From positions 1,995 through 65,994 of the forward strand of contig CAINWP010000080.1 in the NCBI GenBank assembly GCA_903854475.1: a stretch of DNA of 64,000 nt, in the 5' to 3' direction. Below, in pieces: positions 10,225-19,974 of the stretch. Origin of the DNA: an uncultured Verrucomicrobiota bacterium. Its GTDB lineage: Bacteria; Verrucomicrobiota; Verrucomicrobiia; Limisphaerales; UBA9464. A program made the position numbers and the translations under genes. The notes under the pieces are model-generated. The model saw nothing but the letters and a program-made list of their open reading frames with translations. It made no database searches and was not told the origin of the DNA. Every line of letters starts with the position of its first letter. Positions within the stretch are counted from its first letter, which is position 1.

Positions 10225-11490
10225 CTAATGCGCCGACTTTCCAGACACTTCAGCCGCATGCTGACTAAAGGACTTTCCGCGGCCGGTGGGTGCAATGACC
10301 GAGTCGATCACACCGTGTTCAAACTCATCCCACATCGGGGACATCCCCCGGAGCTTGGAGGCAATCTTGGCGAAGGTTTCAACCACGTAGTCAATGTCGG
10401 CTTCGGTGTTGGCCTCGCCAAGAGTCATGATGATATTCCCCTGTGCCAGCGCATGATCTAGGCCGATGGCTCCCAGAACATGGGAGATCTTGAGACTCTT
10501 GCTCACGCAGCTCGATCCGCTCGCTACGGAGATTCCGTTCATGTCGCAGAGCAGCAACTGCCCCTCACCCTCGATGAACTCGGTTGAGAGGTTTAAATTG
10601 GTCGAAATGCGATTGGGCCCCGGTTCTGGGCCGTTGAGCTGGATGTAAGGAACATTCAGCTTGAGACCTTCCCAAAGCCGTTTCTGCAACGGAGCCACGT
10701 GAGCAACCCGTTGTGAGAGCCGTTCCTGGGCTATTTCTGCGGCCACTCCGCCACCGACGATCGCTGGAATATTCTCGGTGCCAGCCCGACGCCCTCCCTC
10801 CTGCACACCGCCATGGATCACGCTGACAATGCGAGCTTTGCGATTGCGGTAGAGCACACCAACCCCCTTAGGACCGTAGAACCGGTGGGGAGAGAAACTC
10901 ACCATAGCCGCCCCCCACTCCTTCACATCAATGGGCAACCACCCGGCACTGGCCTCACAGTCTACGTAAAGGGGCACGTTTTTGGTGGCACAGATCTGCC
11001 CCACCTCACGCATCGGTTGAATAGTACCGATGTCGTGGTTCACATGATGCACTGCCACAAGCACCGTCTGGGGCGTGATGGCTGCCTCGAGTTCGTCCAA
11101 CCGAATCATCCCCTGAGGCGTCACACCAACTCGAGTGCATGTCCACCCCTGCTTTTCCAAGAACTCCAAGGAATTCATCACACTCGGATGTTCCGTTGCG
11201 GAAATCACCAAGTGCTTGCCCTTGCGCTCGTTCGCATAGGCCGCGCCCTTGATGGCTAAGTTAGAGGATTCGGTGCCATCCGAAGTGAAATAGATCTCCT
11301 CTTCGCTCTCGGCGCCGATCAATGCGGCCATTTGCTGGCGCGCGCGCTTCAGAGCGTCCCGGACCCGAAGACCATGCTGGTGGAGCGAAGAAGCATTACC
11401 AAAATACTCGGTAAAGTAGGGCCGCATGGCTTCGAAGACCTCTGGAAGGACCGGAGTCGAAGACTGGTGATCAAGGAAAACCTGGCGCAT
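10225..11490 (-). CDS. Cysteine desulfurase (IscS/NifS class)
   Basis: MRQVFLDHQSSTPVLPEVFEAMRPYF...GNASSLHQHG, a PLP-enzyme layout, and catalytic loop ASGSSCVS. The start is set at ATG 11490; the ORF track begins at 11547. Confidence 0.85.
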   Translation of the reverse strand: MRQVFLDHQSSTPVLPEVFEAMRPYFTEYFGNASSLHQHGLRVRDALKRARQQMAALIGAESEEEIYFTSDGTESSNLAIKGAAYANERKGKHLVISATEHPSVMNSLEFLEKQGWTCTRVGVTPQGMIRLDELEAAITPQTVLVAVHHVNHDIGTIQPMREVGQICATKNVPLYVDCEASAGWLPIDVKEWGAAMVSFSPHRFYGPKGVGVLYRNRKARIVSVIHGGVQEGGRRAGTENIPAIVGGGVAAEIAQERLSQRVAHVAPLQKRLWEGLKLNVPYIQLNGPEPGPNRISTNLNLSTEFIEGEGQLLLCDMNGISVASGSSCVSKSLKISHVLGAIGLDHALAQGNIIMTLGEANTEADIDYVVETFAKIASKLRGMSPMWDEFEHGVIDSVIAPTGRGKSFSQHAAEVSGKSAH

Positions 11491-11577
11491 GGATGGAACA
11501 ATCAGAGGATCAGACGGTGCAGAGTTGGCTAAGAATAACCCCGGCATTCCGACAGCAATAGACCGGGAACGGCTTTA

Positions 11578-11625
11578 AACCACAAAGAAAGCCTGCAGTC
11601 GTCGAAACTTCCTCCGACTGCAGGC
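11578..11625 (-). terminator. Stem-loop plus U-rich tail between iscU and the cysteine desulfurase gene (terminator/attenuator-like)
   Basis: Perfect 11-bp stem GCCTGCAGTCG (11591-11601) / CGACTGCAGGC (11615-11625) with a 13-nt loop. On the transcribed (minus) strand it is followed by TTTCTTTGTGGTTT. Confidence 0.5.
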
Positions 11626-11642
11626 CACTGAAGGCGGACAAA

Positions 11643-12071
11643 TTAGGCAGCAACCGAATCCGTCGTCGCCACCTTGGCGGCCGCGGAAGGGTTTCGCTTC
11701 ACATAATCCTCCAATGCCGCCTTGAGAGCCTCCTCTGCAAGGACCGAGCAATGGATCTTAACCGGCGGCAAACCACCGAGGGCATCTACTACCTCCTGAT
11801 TGGAGAAGGACATCGCCTCGTCGATAGTGCGTCCCTTGATTAGTTCAGTGGCCATGCTTGAACTAGCAATGGCTGAACCGCATCCGAACGTCTTGAACCG
11901 GGCGTCCTCAATTCGACCATCCTTGATCTTGAGGGAGATTTTCATGATGTCTCCGCAGGCGGCGGCTCCCACCTCACCCACACCATCCGCATCCTTCAAA
12001 TCCCCCATATTGCGAGGATTCATGAAGTGCTCCATCACCGTGGAATTGTACAACGTGTAAGTTTCGCTCAT
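11643..12071 (-). CDS. iscU: Fe-S cluster assembly scaffold IscU/NifU-N type
   Basis: NPRNMGDL...GAAACGDIMKISLKI...FKTFGCGSAIASSS...LPPVKIHCSVLAEEALKAAL, with three conserved Cys. Confidence 0.9.
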   Translation of the reverse strand: MSETYTLYNSTVMEHFMNPRNMGDLKDADGVGEVGAAACGDIMKISLKIKDGRIEDARFKTFGCGSAIASSSMATELIKGRTIDEAMSFSNQEVVDALGGLPPVKIHCSVLAEEALKAALEDYVKRNPSAAAKVATTDSVAA

Positions 12072-12081
12072 AAAATTGAAA

Positions 12082-12606
12082 TTAATTTAGACTTGGGGCC
12101 ACTGCGGTTCCGTCTGACTGGAGGTCAACGGTCACCTCAGAGGCCGTCAAAGAAATCTTGGGGGTTCGAACCGAACGAGCCTGCTGAACCAGACCATTGG
12201 GCAAGTGGCGTCCTGCCAAGGTGGCCAAGCTTGTGCCGGCAAAAACTTCTTTCATCCGCTCCTGAGCCTCGGCCAACAAACCACACAGCGCACAACCACT
12301 ACTGTGTTCACAGCCCACATCGATTTCGAGGCATCGCTGTAGAGCGATTGGCCCCTCGATGGACTCCAAGATCTCAAGCACGGTGATATCAGAGGCTGGA
12401 CGGGTGAGGTAGAAGCCCCCACCGGACCCGCGGGTCGAGCCCACCAAGCCCGACTTGCTGAGATTCTGGAAAATTTTACCCAGAAAACTTTTCGGGACAC
12501 ACTCTTCTTCACAGAGGATGTCGATCATGACCACCTCGCCCAAAGGACGGCGAGAAAGGGCAATTAGCCCTAAAACCCCGTATTCTCCTGCTTTGGTGAT
12601 TTGCAT
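12082..12606 (-). CDS. Rrf2-family transcriptional regulator (IscR-like)
   Basis: MQITKAGEYGVLGLIALS... winged-helix N-terminus, GGGFYLTRPASDITVLEILESIEG, and a Cys cluster CEHSSGCALC. It heads the iscU/desulfurase operon. Confidence 0.85.
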   Translation of the reverse strand: MQITKAGEYGVLGLIALSRRPLGEVVMIDILCEEECVPKSFLGKIFQNLSKSGLVGSTRGSGGGFYLTRPASDITVLEILESIEGPIALQRCLEIDVGCEHSSGCALCGLLAEAQERMKEVFAGTSLATLAGRHLPNGLVQQARSVRTPKISLTASEVTVDLQSDGTAVAPSLN

Positions 12607-12614
12607 CCCTTGAA

Positions 12615-12633
12615 CCAGACCATTTCCGTCTGG
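12615..12633. promoter_or_regulatory. Inverted repeat CCAGAC-N7-GTCTGG just upstream of the Rrf2 gene start
   Basis: CCAGAC (12615-12620) and GTCTGG (12628-12633) are reverse complements and lie 9-27 bp from the ATG at 12606. The element CATTTCC/AGAC recurs at 12673-12685. Confidence 0.3.
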
Positions 12634-12705
12634 AATAAAATCAACGTACCCCCCTCCCCTGCACTGTCAAAACCATTTCCAGACCAAATTCATCTGATTC
12701 CCCAA

Positions 12706-12813
12706 AAAAGGGACAGGCTCTTCAAAAGGGACAGGCTCTTCAAAAGGGACAGGCTCTTCAAAAGGGACAGGCTCTTCAAAAGGGACAGGCTCTTCAAAAG
12801 GGACAGGCTTTTT
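12706..12813 (+). repeat. Tandem array, 6 x 18 bp, unit AAAAGGGACAGGCTCTTC (last copy degenerate)
   Basis: Read directly: five perfect head-to-tail units from 12706, and a sixth unit AAAAGGGACAGGCTTTTT. It lies in the Rrf2/nuoA divergent intergenic region. Confidence 0.95.
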
Positions 12814-12864
12814 TGAAGCGCTGGACTCAATGTCCACTTGCCGGGAAACGGCTTCGATCCCACC

Positions 12865-13260
12865 ATGTACCCATTGATGGATACTCAACTGAACCAGTAC
12901 CTTCCGGTGCTGATGCTGCTGTTCGTGGCTGCCAATTTTGCCGCTGGAACCTTGGCCGTGTCCGTGTTGCTCGGGAAATCAGGCCGTCGGACTCAAACCA
13001 AAGACATCCCCTACGAGTGCGGAATGTTGCCGCAGGGCGAGGGCAGCGCTCGACTCAGCATTAAGTTCTATCTAGTCGCCCTGCTATTCGTCCTGTTCGA
13101 TATCGAGGTAGTTTTCATGTACCCGTGGGCTGTGACTTTCAAAGAACTGGCCCGGACGGATCTGGCACTCGGCCTCGGCGGGATGCTTTCTTTCTTGGGA
13201 ATCGTCTTTGTCGGATACGTCTACGCCGTCAAAAAACGCGCGTTTGACTGGAAGAGCTGA
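12865..13260 (+). CDS. nuoA: NADH-quinone oxidoreductase subunit A
   Basis: PYECGMLPQGEGSARLSIKFYLVALLFVLFDIEVVFMYPWAV aligns with the NuoA/NdhC core. The first ATG is at 12865; the ORF track begins at TTG 12838. Confidence 0.85.
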   Translation: MYPLMDTQLNQYLPVLMLLFVAANFAAGTLAVSVLLGKSGRRTQTKDIPYECGMLPQGEGSARLSIKFYLVALLFVLFDIEVVFMYPWAVTFKELARTDLALGLGGMLSFLGIVFVGYVYAVKKRAFDWKS

Positions 13261-13429
13261 ACTTCCCGGATTCACCTCACGACCGGAAAATTCTCGACGG
13301 AATCGTTATGCGGTTCTGCCCTTGAAAGGTATTTCCCGGTCCGTTTCAAAAAATATTTTGCTCCCCATCATTTCGGTTGGTTCACTTTGCTCACTTGGAC
13401 CCAAACAAGGTTTCACTATTTCCCGTTGA

Positions 13430-16400
13430 ATGAACTCGTACCCGTCCGTACCGAACTCACTCTACCGGCCTGACTTCGAACACGACGCGTGTGGCGTCGG
13501 TTTTGTCGCCAACATCAAGGGAACCCAGACTCATTCTGTGGTCCAACAAGGGCTCCAAATTCTTCGGAATCTGGACCACCGCGGCGCGTGCGGCTGTGAA
13601 GCCAACACAGGCGACGGTGCCGGCATCCTCATCCAGATGCCTCACGAGTTCTTGGCCAGCGAAACCCAGCGTGTGGGTATCACCCTGCCGCCCCCCGGTC
13701 AGTACGGCGTGGGCATGGTGTACTTGCCCCGGGATCCGCGGCAGCGCCGCAAGCTGGAGATGGCCTTCGAGAAGATCATTCAATCGGAAGGCCAAGATCT
13801 CTTGGGCTGGCGCACCGTGCCAACTGACAACAGCTCGCTCGGCGAGACTGCGAAGTCTTCGGAACCCCATGTCCGACAGGTCTTCATCGGCAAGAACCCG
13901 GAACTCAGCGACGACTTAGCCTTCGAGCGGAAACTCTACGTCATCCGCAAGCGCTCGTACTCCGAGATTCGTTGCTCCACCAAGGACGGCGCCGGGTACT
14001 GGTACATTTGCAGCCTTTCCTGCCGCACCCTCGTGTACAAAGGAATGCTGATGACCGAACAGGTCGACAAGTACTTCCTAGACCTCAAGAACCCAGACAT
14101 GAAGTCGGGTCTGGCACTGGTCCACTCCCGCTTCAGCACCAACACGTTCCCGAGTTGGGCCCGTTCGCACCCCTACCGCTACATCGCTCACAACGGCGAA
14201 ATCAACACGCTGCGCGGCAACATCAACTGGATGCGGGCCCGCGAGGCTCTGTTCCAGTCCGACGCCTTCGGTGACGACATCCAGAAGATCCTGCCTATCG
14301 TCGACCCTGACGGCAGCGACTCGGCCATGTTCGACAACGTACTGGAATTGCTAGTACTGGCCGGCCGCTCCTTGCCGCACGCGATGATGATGATGATCCC
14401 AGAACCCTGGGCCAATCATGAGTCGATGAGCGACGAGAAGAAGGCGTTCTACGAGTATCACTCCTGCCTGATGGAACCGTGGGATGGCCCTGCCTGCGTG
14501 GCCTTCACCGACGGTGTGCGCATCGGAGCGTCTCTGGACCGCAACGGCCTGCGCCCGTCGCGCTATTACGTCACCAAGGACGACCAGGTCATCATGGCCT
14601 CAGAGGTCGGCGTGCTCGATATTGCTCCGGAGAACATCGCCCATAAGGGCCGTCTCCAACCCGGCCGCATGTTCTACATCGACACGGCCCTGGGCCGGAT
14701 CGTGGATGATGCCGAGATCAAGGAACAGATCGCCATTGAACAACCCTATCGTCAGTGGCTTAACCAGCACTTGATCGAGTTGTCCTCGTTGCCCGACCCG
14801 GAGCACTTGCCCGAGCCCGGCCACTCCACGGTTTTGCAACGCCAACAGGCCTTTGGTTATTCTTTCGAAGACCTGAAAATGCTGCTGGTACCCATGGCCC
14901 GCGACGGCGTTGAAGCCATCGGCTCGATGGGAACCGACACGCCCTTGGCGGTGTTGTCCAACCACTCGCAGCTGCTCTACAACTACTTCCACCAGCTCTT
15001 CGCGCAGGTCACCAATCCTCCGATCGACTGTATCCGCGAAGAGATTGTTACCAGCGCGATCACCACCATCGGCTCCGAAAAGAACCTGCTCACCCCGTCA
15101 GCGGAGAGCTGCCACCTCATCGAGTTAAAGTCGCCGGTGCTGACTAACGAAGAATTAGCCAAGCTCAAGAGCATCAATCAGTCGGGCTACAAGTCGGTCA
15201 CGCTCCCCATCCTTTACAAGGTGGATAAGGGCTCCAAGGGACTTGAGAAGGCCCTGAAAGACCTCTTCAAGGCGGCCTCCAAGGCCATCCACGACGGGGT
15301 CAATATTCTGATCCTGTCTGACCGCGGACTCAGCGCCAAGAGCGCGGCCATCCCGGCATTGCTGGCTGTCAGCGGCCTCCACCATCACTTGATTCGCGAA
15401 GGCGACCGCAACCGCGTCGGGCTCGTTCTCGAGTCGGGCGAACCGCGCGAGGTTCATCACTTCTCGCTGCTCATCGGCTACGGGTGCGGAGCGATTAATC
15501 CGTATCTGGCCTTCGAGTCGATCGACGACATGATCCATCAGGGGTTGCTCACCAACGTCGACTCCAAAACCGCCCACAAGAACTTCGTCAAGTCCGCAGT
15601 CAAGGGCGTCATCAAGGTGGCCTCCAAGATGGGTATCTCAACCATCCAGTCCTACCGCGGCGCCCAAATCTTCGAGGCGGTCGGTATTAACGAGGCCGTC
15701 GTGGATCGCTACTTCACCTGGACACCGACCCGCGTGGAAGGTGTCGGTATGGAGGAGATCGCCCGCGACATCGAAATTCGTCACCGGACCGCCTTCCCCG
15801 ACCGGAAGTCGCAGAACCCCACGCTCGATGTCGGTGGCCGGTATCAGTGGCGTCGCGATGGCGAGTACCACCTGTTCAATCCCGATACGGTGCACAAGCT
15901 GCAAAAAGCGGTGCGCAACGGAGATTTCAAGGCCTTCCAAGACTACTCCAAGTCGGTCAATGAGCAGTTCAAGCATTGGGCCACACTGCGAGGACTCCTC
16001 GACTTCAAGTCGTCGAGCCCCATCCCCATCGAAGAGGTTGAATCGGTCGAGTCCATCGTGAAGCGGTTCAAGACCGGCGCGATGAGCTATGGATCCATCT
16101 CCCAGGAGGCCCATGAGACCCTAGCCATCGCCATGAACCGTCTGGGCGGCAAGTCCAACACCGGCGAGGGCGGCGAAGATCCGGAACGTTTTATTCCCCT
16201 GCCCAACGGCGACTCCAAGAATTCCGCCATCAAGCAAGTGGCATCCGGGCGCTTTGGTGTGACCAGCCAGTATCTGGTCAGCGCCCAAGAACTCCAGATC
16301 AAGATGGCCCAGGGCGCCAAGCCCGGTGAGGGCGGCCAATTGCCAGGCACCAAGGTGTACCCATGGGTGGCCAAGACCCGTCACTCGACCCCGGGTGTCG

Positions 16401-18019
16401 GTCTGATTTCCCCGCCGCCGCACCACGACATCTATTCCATCGAGGATCTGGCCGAGTTAATCCACGATCTAAAGAACGCCAACATCCACGCCCGGATCAG
16501 CGTCAAGCTGGTGTCCGAGGTGGGCGTCGGCACCATCGCCGCCGGCGTGGCCAAGGCGCATGCCGACGTGGTGCTCATCTCGGGTTACGATGGCGGCACG
16601 GGTGCTTCACCCCAGACTTCCATCAAGCACGCGGGCATTCCTTGGGAACTCGGCTTGGCCGAAACTCACCAGACCCTGGTGCTCAACAACCTGCGCTCGC
16701 GCATCGTGGTCGAGACCGACGGTCAACTGAAAACCGGCCGCGACGTGGTCATCGCTGCGCTGCTGGGTGCCGAGGAGTTCGGATTTGCCACCGCGCCCCT
16801 GGTGTCACTGGGCTGCATCATGATGCGCGTGTGTCATCTGAACACGTGCCCTGTGGGCGTCGCCACTCAAGACCCTGAACTGCGCAAGCGCTTCACCGGC
16901 GAACCGGAGCATGCGATCAACTTCATGCGCTTCATTGCTCAGGAAGTTCGCGAGATCATGGCGCAACTCGGTTTCCGCTCCATCACCGAGATGGTGGGCC
17001 GCACCGACCGGCTCGAGCCCCGGAAGGCCATCGAGCACTGGAAGGCCAAGGGGGTCGACTTCAGCAAGATCCTCTATCAGCCGGAGGCCGGGCCCGAAGT
17101 CGGACGTTACTGCCAGATGATCCAAGATCACGGCATCGACAAATCGCTGGATATCACCCAGCTCCTTCCGTTGTGCCTACCCGCCATCGAGCGAGGAGAG
17201 AAGGTCAAAGCGACCCTTCCCATTCGCAACGTCAACCGCGTGGTCGGAACCATCACCGGCAGCGAGCTGACCCGCCAACGCGGTGCCGCCGGACTGCCAG
17301 AAGACACCATCCAAATCACCTTCCAAGGCAGTGCTGGTCAGAGTTTCGGCGCGTTCATGCCCAAGGGCATGTCCTTCACGCTCGAGGGCGATGCCAACGA
17401 CTACTTTGGTAAGGGCCTGAGCGGCGGCAAACTCATCTTGTATCCGCCGGCAGCCAGCACCTTTGCACCGGAAGAGAACATGATCGTCGGCAACGTTGCG
17501 TTGTATGGCGCGACCCAGGGTGAAGTCTTCATCCGCGGCATGGCGGGTGAGCGATTTGGCGTCCGCAATTCCGGCGTCAAGGCCGTCGTCGAAGCCGTGG
17601 GAGACCATGGCTGCGAGTACATGACCGGCGGAACGGTGGTCATTCTCGGACCGACCGGCCGCAATTTCGCAGCCGGCATGTCCGGTGGCGTTGCTTATAT
17701 CTACGACGAGGTCGGCGACTTCCCCTCCAAGTGCAACATGCAAATGGTCGCCTTGGAGAAGCTAGAAGAGTCCGATAACGCAGTGCTCCAGGAGATGCTC
17801 CAAAACCACGCGATCAACACCAAGAGCACCCGGGCCGCCTCCATCCTGAAGGACTGGAGCACCACGCAAGCGAAGTTCATCAAGGTAATGCCCCGCGACT
17901 ACAAGCGCGTGCTCACAGCGCTGCTCAAAGCCCAGGCCGATGGTCTCACGGGCGATGACGCACTGAATGCTGCCTTCGAAGCCAACTCCAAAGACGTCTC
18001 CCGGACTGGTGGGGGCTAA
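13430..18019 (+). CDS. gltB: Glutamate synthase large subunit
   Basis: 1529 aa. It has an N-terminal Ntn amidotransferase (DACGVGFVA), an FMN/3Fe-4S central domain, and a C-terminal GXGXG domain. Confidence 0.97.
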   Translation: MNSYPSVPNSLYRPDFEHDACGVGFVANIKGTQTHSVVQQGLQILRNLDHRGACGCEANTGDGAGILIQMPHEFLASETQRVGITLPPPGQYGVGMVYLPRDPRQRRKLEMAFEKIIQSEGQDLLGWRTVPTDNSSLGETAKSSEPHVRQVFIGKNPELSDDLAFERKLYVIRKRSYSEIRCSTKDGAGYWYICSLSCRTLVYKGMLMTEQVDKYFLDLKNPDMKSGLALVHSRFSTNTFPSWARSHPYRYIAHNGEINTLRGNINWMRAREALFQSDAFGDDIQKILPIVDPDGSDSAMFDNVLELLVLAGRSLPHAMMMMIPEPWANHESMSDEKKAFYEYHSCLMEPWDGPACVAFTDGVRIGASLDRNGLRPSRYYVTKDDQVIMASEVGVLDIAPENIAHKGRLQPGRMFYIDTALGRIVDDAEIKEQIAIEQPYRQWLNQHLIELSSLPDPEHLPEPGHSTVLQRQQAFGYSFEDLKMLLVPMARDGVEAIGSMGTDTPLAVLSNHSQLLYNYFHQLFAQVTNPPIDCIREEIVTSAITTIGSEKNLLTPSAESCHLIELKSPVLTNEELAKLKSINQSGYKSVTLPILYKVDKGSKGLEKALKDLFKAASKAIHDGVNILILSDRGLSAKSAAIPALLAVSGLHHHLIREGDRNRVGLVLESGEPREVHHFSLLIGYGCGAINPYLAFESIDDMIHQGLLTNVDSKTAHKNFVKSAVKGVIKVASKMGISTIQSYRGAQIFEAVGINEAVVDRYFTWTPTRVEGVGMEEIARDIEIRHRTAFPDRKSQNPTLDVGGRYQWRRDGEYHLFNPDTVHKLQKAVRNGDFKAFQDYSKSVNEQFKHWATLRGLLDFKSSSPIPIEEVESVESIVKRFKTGAMSYGSISQEAHETLAIAMNRLGGKSNTGEGGEDPERFIPLPNGDSKNSAIKQVASGRFGVTSQYLVSAQELQIKMAQGAKPGEGGQLPGTKVYPWVAKTRHSTPGVGLISPPPHHDIYSIEDLAELIHDLKNANIHARISVKLVSEVGVGTIAAGVAKAHADVVLISGYDGGTGASPQTSIKHAGIPWELGLAETHQTLVLNNLRSRIVVETDGQLKTGRDVVIAALLGAEEFGFATAPLVSLGCIMMRVCHLNTCPVGVATQDPELRKRFTGEPEHAINFMRFIAQEVREIMAQLGFRSITEMVGRTDRLEPRKAIEHWKAKGVDFSKILYQPEAGPEVGRYCQMIQDHGIDKSLDITQLLPLCLPAIERGEKVKATLPIRNVNRVVGTITGSELTRQRGAAGLPEDTIQITFQGSAGQSFGAFMPKGMSFTLEGDANDYFGKGLSGGKLILYPPAASTFAPEENMIVGNVALYGATQGEVFIRGMAGERFGVRNSGVKAVVEAVGDHGCEYMTGGTVVILGPTGRNFAAGMSGGVAYIYDEVGDFPSKCNMQMVALEKLEESDNAVLQEMLQNHAINTKSTRAASILKDWSTTQAKFIKVMPRDYKRVLTALLKAQADGLTGDDALNAAFEANSKDVSRTGGG

Positions 18020-18085
18020 TATTCAAGCGCGACACAGAACCCCGCAAATCGTCACGAGACCAAGGCCTTCAAACGACATAGAGAT

Positions 18086-19564
<1,479 letters not shown>

Positions 19565-19597
19565 TCGCCGGAACTGCGGTTTCCTGCATCCAACATC

Positions 19598-19636
19598 GGA
19601 AGGCGAAGAGACCCCTCTTCGCCTTCCTGCTTTCGA
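19598..19636 (+). terminator. Hairpin downstream of gltD (candidate intrinsic terminator, weak U-tract)
   Basis: 13-bp perfect stem GGAAGGCGAAGAG / CTCTTCGCCTTCC with a 4-nt loop, followed by TGCTTTCG. Confidence 0.45.
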
Positions 19637-19676
19637 TCCTTCAGCCCCCAGCCAAACCCTTCCTCGTCTACCTGCC

Positions 19677-19901
19677 ATGCCCAAAGAAGATGCCATCCAC
19701 GTCCCGGCCCAGGTCCTAAGTCTGCTGGGAGTTGCCGCCTATCGCATGCGCCTGAGCAACGGCTATGAACTGGTGGCCCATGTCACCCGCAAGCTCCAAC
19801 CGGTGATCGGCGCGATCCAACCCGGCGACACCGTGGAACTCGAACTGTCTCCATTCGATCTGTCTCGAGGACGCATCATCGGCCGCTGCATCACGCCCTA
19901 A
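19677..19901 (+). CDS. infA: Translation initiation factor IF-1-like S1-fold protein (divergent)
   Basis: MPKEDAIHVPAQVL...NGYELVAHV...IQPGDTVELELSPFDLSRGRII aligns along its full length with IF-1. The basic KMRKNYIRI segment is replaced by KLQPVIGAI. Confidence 0.7.
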   Translation: MPKEDAIHVPAQVLSLLGVAAYRMRLSNGYELVAHVTRKLQPVIGAIQPGDTVELELSPFDLSRGRIIGRCITP

Positions 19902-19974
19902 GCCCTGCCCCGGAAATTCTCCCGACAACGCTCTCGGGATTGCCCGAATCCGCAGATCGGAGCAGCCTGCGGCC

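Noticed and set aside
12706-12813. Could the tandem arrays be CRISPR arrays?
   Set aside because: The units are contiguous with no unique spacers, the unit is 18 bp with no palindromic core, and there are no cas genes in the window.
12601-12888. ORFs 12601..12816 (+) and 12667..12888 (-) encoding KRDRLF / EEPVPF hexapeptide repeats
   Set aside because: Both consist almost entirely of the 18-bp DNA repeat read in frame, have no credible N- or C-terminal domains, and overlap each other. They are treated as non-coding repeat.
13261-13429. Sigma-54 promoter or glutamine riboswitch upstream of gltB
   Set aside because: TGGTTCACTTTGCT has the wrong GG-to-GC spacing for a -24/-12 element, and no glutamine-riboswitch consensus is seen.
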